Source: Felis catus
Taxonomy: Eukaryota
Assembly: GCF_018350175.1 (NCBI RefSeq)
Contig: NC_058369.1
Location: 19,346,001 to 19,410,000, forward strand
DNA length: 64,000 nucleotides
Reading direction: 5' to 3'
Position 1 is the stretch's first letter. Every line of letters starts with the position of its first letter. The position numbers and the translations under genes were made by a program. This document shows positions 48,701 through 62,576 of the stretch, piece after piece. Under the pieces are notes generated by a model, which was given only the letters and a program-made list of their open reading frames with translations, had not been told where the DNA came from and ran no database searches.

Positions 48701-51700
48701 TTCTGGCTTCCTTGGTGGTCAAACAGTCTGTGGACAGGTGGGAGGTGAGAAAGGAATCTGACTGGAGGGCGGTGTGTCACTACCACAGAGGTGACAATGT
48801 CAAATGGCCAAGTCCATGGGGGCTAGCAGGACACACTCCAATGTCCCTGACTGCCATGTCAGCACTGGGCACCTGTGTGTCTCAAAAGGGCAATACAGTG
48901 CCATGGAGACTCCTGCCCAGCCAAGAATCTGCCCTCACTCCATGGAGATGATGCACAGACCAGCTGAGCTCAGATAAGGTGCTCACAGAGCAGAGAACCA
49001 GAAACATGGAGTCCCAGCATCCTAGGGTCCATGGGACACCAGGGGCCCTGCAACGGCACCCACTTGCAATGTGCACCCACTAGTTCTGGGTGCCATCCAC
49101 ACCCCACTGGGAAGCACTCACTGAGAAGTCAGCTGGATTGTGGGGATGGAGGGGGCGTGGGTCTAAACTCAAGGCATGGGTCCCAGACAGTTCCCGCCTT
49201 TGTCTACTTTGTCTGTCTTCCTCCAGGCCTTTGTCTACTCAGGTGCTCTTAAACAGCCAGGGAGTGTATCACAGCCCAACCACATGGACACCAGAGGAGA
49301 CTCTCAGGGCCCCTGTCCTCCTGATTTGGTCCAGGATAGCATCAGGAATGGGGGACTTGAGCCCGAGGGGAATGGAACTGTAGGCAGATCTGGGGCCCCT
49401 GCTGGCTCCCCGCCCTGAGCAGGGAGCCACCGGCTGTCGAGGCAGCTGGGAGGGAAGCTGTGCCCAGCACACCAGCCGGCACGGGGGAGTGTGAGTAAAC
49501 ACACCCTCGCTTCCCAACTCGTGTGGCTGGTGTAGGCGCCTGTGTTTATGGGAAACAGGTTATCTGTGCCAGCGTCTGGGCCCCTTTGCCACCCACCCTG
49601 GCTCAGCTCTCTCCTGCTGCCTCCCTACCCAGTGGGCCCTGCCTGCCTTCCCCTAGGACTCCTCGGCCTCTGAGCTTTGGAGGGACAACAGTGAGGATAG
49701 GCCCTCCCCTCCAGGAGGTGAGACAGGGCTCTGCACTTAACCCACTGAGTCAGAACAATCCCCACAGGCAGGTATGGTTGTTGTCCCCATTTTACAGCTA
49801 AAGAAACCAAGGCTCTGGCAGCTGGACAAATGGGTTGGCAACTAGGCAGTAAGTGGAGGGGCCCATGACACTAGGCTTCTCAAGTTCCAGCCATCAGTTC
49901 CAGGTCTCAGGGCCACAGTCCCCCATCCCCTGGCAAGTCTGGTCTGCCCTTTACCTGGCTCACCACCTTGAGGAGCCCTGGTCCAGCATGGCCTTGGAAG
50001 TGGACCCTGCCCTCAAGAACAGGGCACATGGCCCCTCTCTCCCACACAACAGCCTGAGGAGAAAGACCCCAGGGCCTGGTCACTGGCCTGCCATCTGGCC
50101 TCTTAAATCCCTTCCCCCTCTGAGCCCATCTTGGTTCCTATGGGGCCCCCCTCCTGCCTCTCTGGGCAAGAGTCCTGGCAGGGCAGGGTGAAGGGTTACA
50201 GGAGTCAGTGTGGGTAGAGGCTCCAGTGGACCTTTGGTGGTCCCGGGAGGGCTCCTAATCATTTTTACAGCTCTAGCTGCTATGGAGGTCTTATCTAAAT
50301 GACTGTCCTTCAGCCCAGAGTGGCGGGAACTTACCCCCATATACACCCTCATGAGATGGGTTTGAAGGTGGGCCTGAGGCACAGTTCTGAGGGCCAGGGA
50401 GCGAAGGACAAAGACTGCTTCCTTTGCCCACATCACCTCCATTCCACCCCTCCTAGCAGGGAGGGCAACCCTCTTCAGGGGCTGGGAAAGGTCTCTCAGG
50501 GAACCCCAGAATGGCCAGAAACCGACCTTGCCCTCCCAAGCTTCCTGGGAGAATGTGGGTTCACCTGATTTTCCTTTATCCGTCCCCCTCCCTGACCTGT
50601 GACAAGGGCACGAGGAGGTGCTCAGCAGCTGGATGGCTTCTTATCTCAAAGACGAGGCAACTGAAGTGGCAGAAGGGTAGAATCTGTCCAAAGGGGAGCC
50701 CTTCCTGGCCCCGAGTCCCCTCCACTTACAGCCAAGAATGGCTAAAAAGCCATGGCCTGAATCCTGGCTCTGCTCTTCACGAGTGGTGTGCCTTCGCACA
50801 AGCCTTCACCCTCAGCATCCACACAGCCTTGAGCTGCTTTGTGGGGTGTTCCTCAACAATGAAAGGTCAAATGCAAGGTGCTGCCGGCTTCTTGTGGGGC
50901 CTCCTTCCAGGGCTGCTCCCGAGGCCCTGAGAGTTTTCCCTGCCCCATGCTGCCCCGCAGGGCTAGCCTATCCAGGCCTTGCAGGCTGGAAGTCTGCCCT
51001 TTGCTGCTGAAACTCGCTGCTGAAGCTGTTGCCAAATAATGACAGCACCAATCACAGAGAGAGGCCCTCAGGCTGACTGCTCTTATGAAAACATGAGATC
51101 TTCACGCATCAGGTATGGGGGAGAAAGACAGAGACAGAGGTGAGACCGGGAGGTGGCTGTGGCCTCCCATAGTATGAAAGGGGCAAGGTCATTGAAGGGT
51201 CCTGCCCCATCCCTGGGCACACACTGTAGGTCCAGGCACATCCACCAGATCTTGCAGACCAGCTCGCACACGCTGACCTCACTACATTCATGCCCAGTGC
51301 TAGAAAGCTGCTTCGGACGTTGCCAGGCTCACAGAGAAAGCACCACAGCCTGGACAGACCCAACAACTGTCACGAATGTCACCTGGGTGACGCTCCATGG
51401 GTTTCCATCCATATGTCAAAAGGTGGTCTGTAGCCATTTGAAATGTTTTAAGCAGTGAAACTTCTCTGGCCCCAGGATGGTTGGGGCTACCTGAAGGTCA
51501 TGGCCCTAAATCCTCCTGCTGGACACAGCAATGGACAGTCTCCTAACAGCAAGGGTGCTGGGCCTGGTGAGGGCAAGGGCACACCTGACTGACAGTGGCT
51601 TCTAGATCAGGTCTCCAGGAGGGTCACAGTGCTCAAGTGTCAGGCACTGATAAATCAGTGGGTACAGAGCCAAGCTGGTTCCTGCCCATGGTGAGTATGC

Positions 51701-52519
51701 AAGTGAGTGTACCAGGGAGCACAGCCATGCCGGCTATCTTGTCCACATCCTGCGCCAGCACCTCCCAACCCCATCTTTGTCCTTTCCCTCATGTTTCTTT
51801 TATTTTTCTCCTACTTCCAATTTATAGGCTCTTCTCGAATTTTATGTATCCCTGTAAGTGCCCTTAAATCTTCTGTAGAATTCATTGGAAGCATACATAA
51901 ACAAACACACAGTACTTAGACACGGAAGCCTTGTACATGCTGAAGCCACACTCAGGACAGGAACACTTCAGGGACGTGTGTGCAACAAGGACAAGCACAT
52001 GCTGGGGACACACGCCACAGGGGACCCATTCTCTCCCATCATTCACAGGCTTTCCTGAGCCCTCATAGGAAAGTTCCCACACGTGGACAGGAAAAATTCA
52101 GAATGGCCACCACACAAGGATTTCCCAGAGCTAGGGGGTCAGTGATCTCCACACCCACTCCCAGCTGGGTGCTCCTGAGCAGGCTCTGGTCTCTCTCTGT
52201 ACCTCAGTTTCCCCTCACCACACTGTGGGGAGGGAGGGACCATCTTTGATGCCCCGAGTTCCGGGTTCTCCCTCCATAAGAACCCCAGTGGCCACTGGGG
52301 CCAAAATTTGTCTTTACTGTGCCCGCACACACTGCACCGTGAGGGCCCTTGGTCTGAACAGCCATGAACTTCAAAGTTAAGCATACTCTGCTCAGGGGAG
52401 GCAGATGCTGTGTCTATGCTCGCAGTCTAGGTGGGCCACCTCCTCAGCGGGGTAGAGATTGCCACGGGAAATGTGCCAACACCAGTGGGGCCCATGAGAG
52501 TGTCCATGCTGGCCGTCCA

Positions 52520-52610
52520 CTATATCAAACTCTCACAAGGCCTAGTCATTGTCCCCATTTCACAGGCGAGGCCACTGAGGCACAGAGTAATTAGAGCTGG
52601 GATTCAGTGA
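52520..52610 (-). mobile_element. MIR relic
   Basis: ccccatttcacaggcgaggccactgaggcacagag...agagctgggattc. Confidence 0.55.
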
Positions 52611-55600
52611 CTACACAGACTAACCACACACTGGAGCACAGACTGTGTTCCAGACTGCCCCCTCCACCTCCCAGCAGGTGGTCTCCATTCCATGGGAACC
52701 TGTGATCCTCCACAGCCCTAACCCTGCTCCCCAGCTCCTCTCTCTGGGAAGCCACTTTTAATTCCCCCTCAGCTAGGCCCATGGGGCCTCTTGCCTCGGG
52801 GCTATGAAAGCCAGTGGGGGTCAGCTAAGTCTAAGGTGTTTGCAAACCTTACTCTGTTTTAAATGTTCCTGGAGAACTCATCTCAAGGGCACCTAGGTGA
52901 ACCCTCGCAGGAAATGCAGCCCCTTCAGCAAAACAAGCCCCTAATTCATCTGCCCAGGATCATTCACTCAGATCGATGCATGGTGCCAACTGAATCCTCA
53001 GTGGCCCCACCAGCACCCAAAGAAACCATCAGGCCCTGAGGCCTGTCATTCGCCCAGCCTGTCTGCCCAGTGGGATTGTGGGGAGGACAAGCAAAGATCT
53101 GCACTGGGCCCAGTGGTGGGCACGCTCCCAAAGAGGTGCTTCTACCTGCAGGAAACCATTCTGGCCTTGCCGGTATGGAAGTCTAGGACCTCAGGATGTA
53201 GACAGGCAAACTGAGGCCCAAGAGGGAGGGGTGAGCAGCAGGGCAGGGCCAGGAGGACCCAGGTTCGAGCTGCTGGCACCTTCTTCCATGCTAGGGAAGT
53301 CAGGGAAGACTTTCCAGGAGAGGAGTGGGAATAGATAGGCAAGAGAGAGTGTCCACTTGGCAGGTGAATGGCAAACAAAGGTAGAGAAGAATGAGCAGCT
53401 AGCCATGAGGCTGTGAAGGAAGCTGCTGGGCGGAAGTGTCTAGTGCCAGGGCAGAGGCAGCTTCATCCCCTCACTGCAGCCATGGGGGGCGGTCTGCTAG
53501 CATAAACTCTTTGAGAACTGTGGGGTCACCTGGAGGACTGGGGATGGGAGGCCTGGGTCTCTGGCCCCTCCGCGCCACGCCTAGGTGCCTGCCAGGTCTT
53601 AGCAGCGACGATTCTCTGGGCTCCTGCGTCCTCTGCTCGGCGACCTCCAGGAGGAGGGAGGGACGCCTGAGCTTCTAGCTCTGTCAAGGGCTCCCTGAGC
53701 AAGGAGGCGACGAGGGCAATGATGCCAGCAGGACAAGAGTGGAACAAATTGCCCCAATTATGTAAGGCGGCCCTATTTCCTCCTTAGCAGGGAGAGGAGA
53801 CCAGGGAAGCCATGTTCCCCTCTACCCCACTCCCACCCATGCCACTGGGCCTGCTGGGAGACCCTTTGGGTGGGGGGGCACTGACAGGTCCCCTTAGCAA
53901 AGTCTATAAGCCCAGGTCACTGGGGTTGCTGGGGGAGGATCCTGGGGAAGGACTCCATGGGCCCTTTCCTGGGGCTTGCAGGATGGGATAAGGGCAAGAG
54001 GCATGGGTCTGCCCTGTTCAGTCACTGTTCCTTGAGTATCTCTGAGTGTAGCCTAGCCCCTCTGGTTTGCCTTGTACACTGCCTTGCCTGTACACTGGGA
54101 TGGGCAGTCCATGCCCCAGGCCTCTCCCCTTCTCTGGCCACCATGGAGCCCTGGGGAACTCTGAGCCTTTCCAGAATCTGACTACAGTCCCTGCCCTGCC
54201 ATACCCCTACCGGGACATGTTCAGGTCTGTTCTTCTTAGTGCTCCACAGGGGTCCAAGCAGGAAGCCCCTTCCTCCAGGCTCCAGAACCAGGCTAAGGTG
54301 CCAGACAGCCATGACCTCAGCATGGCCTCCAGACTGCCCCTGCCATGAACACAGTCTAGCCTCCACTCTAACCCCGGGGCTTGGACCCCTCTAAGTTGCG
54401 GTCTCTTTCTCCATCCTGGGAGAGTACCCTGGGAAGCACTGGAGATGCCCCAGACCAAGGCCCTGAGGTAGTGCCCTGCTTCTCAACTCTACCTAGGCAC
54501 AGGTAGTCTGCATGGGCCCCTCTTGCAGCTGGGAACCAGACGTGCTCTGGCCCGGAGGGCTGGCAGGCTAAGCTGGCTGGGAAACCCCTCCTATACAGCA
54601 CCATGCTTTGCTGGGCTGCCAACATACCATGAAGCCTGGGTATCAGGCTCTCTGAGTTTACAGTGCTAGCAGGTTAAGGTTGCTAAACTGCAAATTTATC
54701 TCCTGCCATAAATGCAGGCAACGCAAGAGCTGGGAGCCAGCGTATGTGCCTGAGTGTGTGTCTGTACGTGTATGTTAGAAGGCATCGTGTGTAGTGCACG
54801 GCAGAGTGTGTGTACACAAAAGGAGGATGGTGTTCTCGTGAGTGTGCAATGCATGCCCAAGCATGTGTTACAGTGTGTGTCTAGGAGCACATATCCTGGC
54901 GTGCATTCTTCCAGGCTCACATGTGCATGTGGGGGGAAGTCTCACTGCGAATGAAAGGGGTGTACCCTTTCCTGAGTGCAGCCCCAAATCCCCCATCCCT
55001 CTGCCCAAGTACTGCACACAGTAGGCCTCAGGAAGCATCTGTGTGCATACTGTGCTTACGACAGACCCAGGGAGTCCTTGAGCCCCCCAGTCCTTTGTCT
55101 CTCTGCCTGTCATCTCAAAGGGAGTAGAGCCCAGCCCTGGTTACATATTCACACTGGGCTGGTGCCTCCTTCCAGCCACTGACTCCACAGATACAGAAGC
55201 CCCCCCCTGCCTGACATGCCAGGCTGCACTGAGAGAGCCCCCAGGGCACAAATTCCCTCCTGTGTGTGTGGGAGCCACAATGGGGCCATGGGACTGGGAC
55301 TGGGCGAGCCTTTCTGCCCACCCCCACTCCCAGACAAGAGGATCTAGAAACACCATGAAAACAATTGATCTCCTTGCTGATAGTGGGTGAGAAAAAAATT
55401 ACCTTTCTCTAAACACTAAAAATAAAATCCAGTTTCCTAAAAACAGGGCTCTCCTCAGCCCAGGGCTTAGTGAGGTTTTGTTGCTAATTCCAAGCGTGGA
55501 TTTGTTGCAGAAGCCGGGTGCTAACCCTTGGCTGCCTCACTGAGGGGCTCAGCCTTGGGGCAAGATGGTGCCCCCTGGGATCCAAGCCCGGATCTCGGCC

Positions 55601-56396
55601 ACGCAGCGAGCCCAGATGTTGCTATCCCAGGCAGGCAGGAAGAGGGTAGCAGGAACTGGGTCCATATGCTGCTCGTGCCCAGCTAATGGGCTGACAAATT
55701 AGCAGGTCTCCCCTCTAAGAGGTGATGAATGAGCAGCTGCCCAGGAGAGCTGGAGGATGGGCCACCTCCCCCATGGTACTCCTCTGGCTCAGCCCTGACT
55801 TGGCATCTATGGGGTGCCCAGGGCAGAACCAAGACCCTTCAGTGGTGAGGGTTGGGGGCCGGGGGGAGGGGGCTGGGCAGGGGGAAGGTAGAGAGGGTAC
55901 AACAGGGTAACCGCAGCCTTGGAGGATGTCTCCAAATGTGCCCAAGCCAGGGAGGCCCGAATTTTCTGGGCTGCTGTCACGCTGTGTGAAGGGCACTACC
56001 GAGGAAGGGGTTAAAGTGCTGCCCTTTTTCAGCCTCCTCTTCAAGATCACCGTCACCACACATACTGCCTGAGTGCCTTGAAGAGAGAGGCGGCTGGTCC
56101 ACGGGCAGGCCTGCAGTGTGGGAGCCTGTGCCCTGACGACTGATGGGGATGGGGAGAGACCTGAGCCACCTGCGGAGTGGAGCTGCGTCTCCCACATAGC
56201 TATAGGAGGGCAGCCTCCTAGGCTGACAAGGGCTGTGGAGGAGACATGCAGGCAGAGGTGAGGAGCCGTGTGGGGAGAGGTCCAGGGAGTCTGAGTCAAA
56301 AGCAAAGGGTGGCCTCCAGAATTAGTGAGACCCCATCAGAAAGGGGGTCAGCCTCAGCCAGTCCTCTCTAGCCGGGGGTTGGATCAAAATGGTCTT

Positions 56397-56624
56397 TTTT
56401 TTTTTTTTTTTAATTTTTTAAAGTTTACTTATTTTTTTTAACATTTATTGATTTTTGAGAGTGAGAGACAGAGCATGAGTGGGGGAGGGGCAGAGAGAGA
56501 GGGAGACACAGAATCAGAAGCAGGCTCCAGGTCTGAGCTGTCACAGAGCTCCAACTCACAGACCACGAGATCATGACCTGAGCTGAAGTCAGACGCTTAA
56601 CCAACTGAGCCACCCAGGTGCCCC
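56397..56624 (-). mobile_element. Can-SINE (SINEC_Fc-like) with a small internal deletion
   Basis: Typical head and tail; perfect TSD caaaatggtctt at 56385-56396 and 56625-56636. Confidence 0.93.
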
Positions 56625-58195
56625 CAAAATGGTCTTAATTGTCCTTTCTGACCTGAGAGCCCAATATCCTTGATTTGCTCCCCAAAGCATTACATGGTCC
56701 CCCTCCTCCATGTACTCAGAACATCTAAAATGGGGCAGGATTTATACATTCTTTTGACAAAGGTTGGCCTGACTCGCTTAGAAAGCTGTCTGGCCAGGCA
56801 AAGGCAGTCCCTGACCTAGGTCTTCTGTGGGTTCCCTGTCCAAACAGCCCCAAGCCCCCTGCCTGTACTGCCACCCCCAGCCCCCACCCCGCCCCCGCCC
56901 CGTGTAAACAGAACCCGCCCGCTCTCTCCCAGGGGCTGCTAATTCCTCGCCAGAACTGCTCGGACGTGAAATTGCAGTGAGACAATGTGTGTTTAAGGAA
57001 ATGAATCTCGCATCTTAAGAGGCTCGGAAAGCCCGCCCTGCACCCCCATCACCCCGCCCGCCCACCCAGAGCCAGGGAAGGAGCACTTGGCATCAGGGAA
57101 GAGAAAGGCGGAGGTGACATTCAGTGCCAAATTAGCAGCCGCCACAGCCAAATATTGTACTTGCCTCCAATCTTCTTTTATTTTTCAAAAGAAAAGGCTT
57201 TTACAAAGTGAAAGAGGCTGTTGGAACACTAAGGCTGATGATAGTTTTAAAAGGCATGCCCGCCACGCGCATGCCCATCTTAGAGCCTCCCCTTCCTCCC
57301 AGCTTGCCGTCTCCCTCTCCTTCCTGCCCACAGCCACACCCACAGGGCACCTACCCCCACGGTCAGGCTCCACCACACCAGTCACCAGCATTGACATCAT
57401 AGGTGTTCTTGATGTATGACCCAGAGTCTGACCCTGTGCCAGTCCTGGACATGGCACCTGCCTCTGAGCTACCTCCCCACTTGCATGGAGCCCTTGCCAT
57501 GAGGGGTCCTTTGTGGCATGTCCAGAACCACGTGGCCTACCGAGGCCTCAACAAAAGTGACCAGCCCATGGCCTCCACAAGGGGTTCTTATCCACCTCCT
57601 GATGGCCCTCAATGCTCCCCACCGTGGACAGCCATCATCACTAGCCCCCTCCACTAGGAGCCAGATGCCCGATGGCCCCCACTCTGGTCACTTTGTTGAA
57701 TAAATGACACCATGACACCAGTCATCCTGGAGTCCAGCCCTCGAAACCCAGCCTGCCTCCATGGCCATGGGACAGGCTAAGTAAAAACACCCTCTGCTTG
57801 CTCCTCCAGAGGAAAAACTGTTTTCACCCCTGACCCCTTGTCCAAGTGCTGGGTCATCTAGCTCATCACTAGGACCCAAACATGATGGGGTTTTGTCGAC
57901 AACGCAGAATTAGCTCACGTTTCACATTTCTTCCAACCAGGGTTGCCCCAGACCTTGGTTTCCCCGGGCCCCCACCTGGACGGTGACCAGAACCTGGCCC
58001 TGCCCCACACACGTGCAGCCTTGAGCTCTCCCCAGTCTGAGCCACCCCCAGGTCCCATGCCTGGGAACCTGGGGGCTTGGCAATACCCCATTTTACAGTT
58101 GGGACACTGGGGTCAGGGAGCTCTTGGGACTTACCCAAAGTATCAGCTGGAAGAGGCACAACCAGAACCTGGATCTGAGTTATGTGGCACCACAA

Positions 58196-58592
58196 TGTGG
58201 ATGCTGTTTGCTGCCCAGACTCTCCCTTCAGGACAGGCCCTCATTCTCCCAGATGTAAGATGCTGCTTGCTTTCCACTGAGTCCCTGCCTGGGCTATGGC
58301 CTGAGCAGAAGGGAGAGCCTCATCTGTGCTCTGGTTGACACACAGGTGAGGCAGAGAAGTAGAAAGGGCTGACTCCAGCTGGGGGGCAACTCCGAGGGGT
58401 GAGGCCAGCTCCAGCACTCTCTGCAGAATTGGCTGAGGCTTCTGTTACAAGCGTGTCGCAGCCAAACTTCCGCTGCCCAATCCGGCCTCCTTTGCCCCTC
58501 ACAGGTGTGGCCCCCGAGAGTACTCCCCCAGTAAACACCTGCACACCAGCCTCCATTTCAGAGTCTGATTCCAGGGAACTGACCCTACCACA
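58196..58592 (+). repeat. 5' LTR (LTR16-like); start approximate
   Basis: Ends agtaaacacctgcac...ctccatttcagagtctgattccagggaactgaccctaccaca, followed by a PBS-like tagtgctgggagtgg; colinear similarity to 63300-63730. Confidence 0.75.
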
Positions 58593-58801
58593 GCTAGTGC
58601 TGGGAGTGGTCCCCAAAAGCCAACTCTAAAGTGCGTGCTGTCGCTGTCCTGCAGTGAGGCAGGGAGGGCCTCACTGTAGTGGTAGGTGGAGCCTGTGATA
58701 AGGTGCAATTGATCAAATGTTCACCCATTGTGAACTGACGTGGGATAACTGGGGATGGGTACAATATTTCAGGCGTCTTGAGAGTTTCAGGGAAGTGTAA
58801 T

Positions 58802-59120
58802 TATAAGGACTATGGAATGGGATAGCTGTTGCTGAGGGCTATCAATGCTTTGGACAGAGACAATGAAAGGCTGAGTGTGATTAATCATGAATTTAAGGTG
58901 AAGTGTGAAAGTCAGAAGCCCCCTTGGCAGGATATAAAAAGACTCTCATCTCCTGCAGCCAGAGGCAGAAAAAGCTGAGGGTCAGGCACAGGACTTAATT
59001 AGAAGAGTGGCAATGATCCAGCGGGAGTTACAGTCTCAATCCTAGCAGGTTGGCTGCCCAAGGTCAGGACCCTGATTGGGAAGAAGTGGGTCCCTGAGTT
59101 GCAGGATGGGGACATCTGGG
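58802..59120 (+). pseudogene. ERV-L gag remnant
   Basis: Manual translation with stops and frameshifts: YKDYGMG*LLLRAINALDRDNERLSVINHEFKVKCESQK...KVRTLIGKKWVPELQDGDIW, resembling the ERV-L/MaLR gag N-terminus. Confidence 0.75.
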
Positions 59121-60963
59121 CCACTGCACTTGAGAACCTTGAAACCTCAGACTCCCCTAAACTCTCTGAGCCTATAGCAGTGGCCACTCCTCCTTGTTAA
59201 ATGCTAGGACCCACTCCCCCTTCCTTAAAGATGATTAAGAGGCCTCCATGTTACAAAACAACACATTCCCCTCAGAATCTGCACCCTTCCTTCCCAACCA
59301 CCAGACCAAAAACTGGGGTCAAGTCACAACATGACCAATCCAGGAAGTACTGGGCCTGGTATGGGAGAAGAGAGGACTATATCTGAAGGCACTCCACAAT
59401 CTGTCTTGATAGTCGGGACTGGATCCTGAGGTTGCCAGATCAAGGATGGCACAAGATAGGTTGGATACGGGAGAGGTTACTAATGTGGGAGCACTTTCCC
59501 ATGATACAGGATCTAACACCCCAGCAAGGACCCCAGGAGATGTGGGAAGGCTGGCAAAAGCAGTGCCCTACACCAAGGGAAGTAGAAATGCTAGAACCCA
59601 CATAAAAAACAATTGACAGAGGGATCAAAGGCTCAGACAAGTGGACGTACCACAGTGGTTCTACCATAAAAGGCTGGGAAACCTACCATGACTATGTTCC
59701 ATGGGAAGGCTGTTCACCAGTGTGAGAAGGACACAATCATAGAGAGGAACTCAATGTGGCTGTCCTCTTAGACCAGCCTGACTGGGAATACTGCTCCATC
59801 TTATATACCAGGTGATATGGAAGGATCTCAGCTCTGAGTGAGGCCCAGAGTGAGAAAGTTCTGTGGCAGGTTCAGGATGAGGTGAACTTGGCCCTGCAGC
59901 TTGGGCCACGTGACCTAGCTGGTCTCATGATAACCAGAGGTATCTGTGTGGGGAAAGGATGCTGTGTGGAGTTTATGTCCGATTCTAATAGGATAATCAC
60001 ATTATAGTCATAGGGTTCAGACCATTTTCAACAGAAAACAAGTACCATTCTAAAAGCAGCTCCTGGATTATTACTGGGCCCTGGCAGAGACTGCACATGG
60101 CACATGATTAAATGACAAAAGCATATTAAATCATCTGGCTTCTATCAGACCCATGAAGTCATGAGGTCTTGTGAGCCCAAGAGCAACCCACCTAAGAATA
60201 AGGGATGCACTTTTGGTCAAGTATGAGCCTGGTCAGAGGGCACAGGAAAGCTGCATAAGCATGAGGTCTAGACCCCATTCGTTCACTACCATAGCACGAG
60301 TGCCCCTCTCTCAACTAAAACTGCATGGAGGTTGGAGTGGGTTGTGGGGGGAGGTCCCTCATGACCAATAGATGGAGAAAGAAGAAGACTGAGGTTATTC
60401 TCATATGGGTCAGCTTGGTATGCTTATGTGAGCTGAAAACAGCAGCTATATTACAGCCCCACTCAGGGATGGCTCTGATAGTGCAATGGCAGCACACCTG
60501 ATCATCCACTTTGTATAAAAAGGAAAGATGGGAAGAATATATACAGATTCATGGAAAGTGACAAATGGCTTGGCTGATTGTCAAGATAAAAAAAGTCTGG
60601 AAGATCAGGGATAAGGAAGCCTGGTAAAGAGGCATGGGGATGGACCTATGGGCGTGGGCACAAGATGTGAAGATCTGTGCGTGTCAATGACTACCAGATA
60701 GCACTACCAGGAAAGGGGCACCAAATAACTGGACAAAATGACTCCGCCAGTTGCCATCGGTCAGCCTCTGTCATCAGCGACTGCAGGGCTGGTATGATGG
60801 GTACGCGAACAGAGTAGCCAGAGTGTAGCCATGATGTTAGGGGTTGAGAATATGCATGGGCCCAAGACCAATTTTGATCTAGCTATTGCTGCTGCTGCTG
60901 CTGAATGCCCAACCTGACAGAAACAGAGACCAAATCCTGAACCTTTATGATGGAACTATTTCT

Positions 60964-60983
60964 TTTAAATGAATTTTTATTTT

Positions 60984-61014
<31 letters not shown>

Positions 61015-61188
61015 CAAGTGGGGGACATGGGCAGAGGGAAAGAGAGAGAGAGAGAAAGAGAGAATCCCAAGCAGGCTCCATGCTCATTGTGGAGCCCAAA
61101 GTGTGCCTCAATTGCACAACCCTGAGATCATGACCTGAGCCACAATCAAGAGTCAGACGCTCAGCCAACTGAGTCACCCAGGTGTCCC
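60964..61188 (-). mobile_element. Can-SINE inserted in ERV-L pol remnant
   Basis: TSD gg(a/c)actatttct at 60952-60963 and 61189-61200. Confidence 0.92.
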
Positions 61189-61525
61189 GGCACTATTTCT
61201 CAAGGCGATCAACCACCCCATTTGGTAGGAAATTGATTACACTGGACTTCTCTAACCTTAGAAGGCACAGTGATTCATCTTGACTGAGACTGGCACAATG
61301 CTGTTACATACCAGGTCAGTTTCCCTTTCCTACAGGGCACTGGCTATCCAAAAGCTCACCAAGTGCTTGATCCACTGACATGGGGTCCCACAGGCTTATG
61401 GGATCAAGGAACCCACTTTACAGCAAAAGAAGTGCTGCAGTGGGCACATGAACACAGGATCCACTGGTCCGATCACACACCTGACCACCCAGAAGCCACC
61501 AGCCTGACAGGGTGTTGGAATTGAC

Positions 61526-62050
61526 ATTTTTTCCCTTAATAACAGCTTTACTGAGATATAATTCACGTACCGTAAAATTCACCTTTTCAAAGTATACAAT
61601 TCAATGATTTTTCATCTATTCACAAAATTGTGCAAGCATCAAGACTCTTAATTTTAGAACTCTTTCATCATTTCCAAAAGAAACCCCATACCCCTTTCTT
61701 GCCTCCCTTAAGTCTTTGGCAATCACTAATCTATTTGCTGTTTCTACAGATTTGTCTATTCTAGACATTTCATATAAACTGAGTGATACAATATATGCCC
61801 TTTTGTGACTGGCTTCTTCCACTTATCATACTGTTCTCAAGGTTCGTCCACAGTGTAGAGTATATCAGAACTCCATCCTTTTTACTGCTGACTAATATTC
61901 CATTACATAGCTATATACCACACTTTGTTTACTCATGCATCGATTGATGGACATATGGGTTGTTTCCACTTAAAAAAAACCTCACAAATAACATTGCTAT
62001 GAACTTTTGTGTACAGGTTCTGTGTGCACATGTTTACAGTTCTCTTGGGT
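61526..62050 (-). mobile_element. L1 3'-end fragment (old L1M-type) inserted in ERV-L integrase
   Basis: acagctttactgagatataattcac...ggcttcttccacttatc...ttgatggacatatgggttgtttccac; degenerate TSD ggaattgacatttt / ggaatgtcctttt. Confidence 0.88.
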
Positions 62051-62114
62051 GGAATGTCCTTTTGAAGCATGCCAAAGCCACCAAGTTGGAGATGATATCT
62101 AGCAAGAACAAGGA

Positions 62115-62576
62115 GGGGCGCCTGGGTGGTTCAATCAGTTAAGCATCCAACTTCAGCTCGGGTCATGATCTCACTGTTTGTAAATTCGAGCCCTGCATCA
62201 GGCTCTGTGCTGACAGCTCAGAGCCTGGAGCCTGCTTCAGAATCTGTCTCCATCTCTCTTTGCCCTTCCCCGGCTCATGCTCTGTCTCTCTCTCACTCTC
62301 TCAAATACAAATAAACATTAAAAAAAAAAAGTGGGGCACCTGGGTGGCTCAGTCGGTTAAGCGTCTGACTTCGGCTCAGGTCATGATCTCGCGGTCTGTG
62401 GGTTCGAGCCCCGTGTCAGGCTCTGTGCTGACAGCTCAGAGCCTGGAGCCTGTTTCAGATTCTGTGTCTCCCTCTTCCTCTGACCCTCCCCTGTTCATGC
62501 TCTCTCTCTCTCTCTGTCTCAAAAATAAATGTTAAAAAAAAAAATTTTTTTTTAAATAAAAATTAAAAAAAAAAAA
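62115..62576 (+). mobile_element. Two nested Can-SINEs (heads at 62115 and 62333) inside the ERV-L
   Basis: Two full heads, CT tracts and A tails; outer TSD aagaacaagga / aagaatgagga. Confidence 0.92.

Larger units (their letters stand above)
59830..62100 (+). pseudogene. ERV-L pol remnant (RT connection, RNase H, integrase), interrupted by a SINE and an L1
   Basis: Fragments KQLLDYYWALAET (~60053), IYTDSWKVTNGLA (~60539), WKIRDKEAW*RGM, EIDYTG, and DQGTHFTAKEVLQWAHEHRIHW...HPEATSLTGCWN, resuming NVLLK after the L1. Confidence 0.82.

Noticed and set aside
62126..62535. Recurrent short ORFs (VAQSVKRLTSAQVMISR...)
   Set aside because: Translations of Can-SINEs, not genes.
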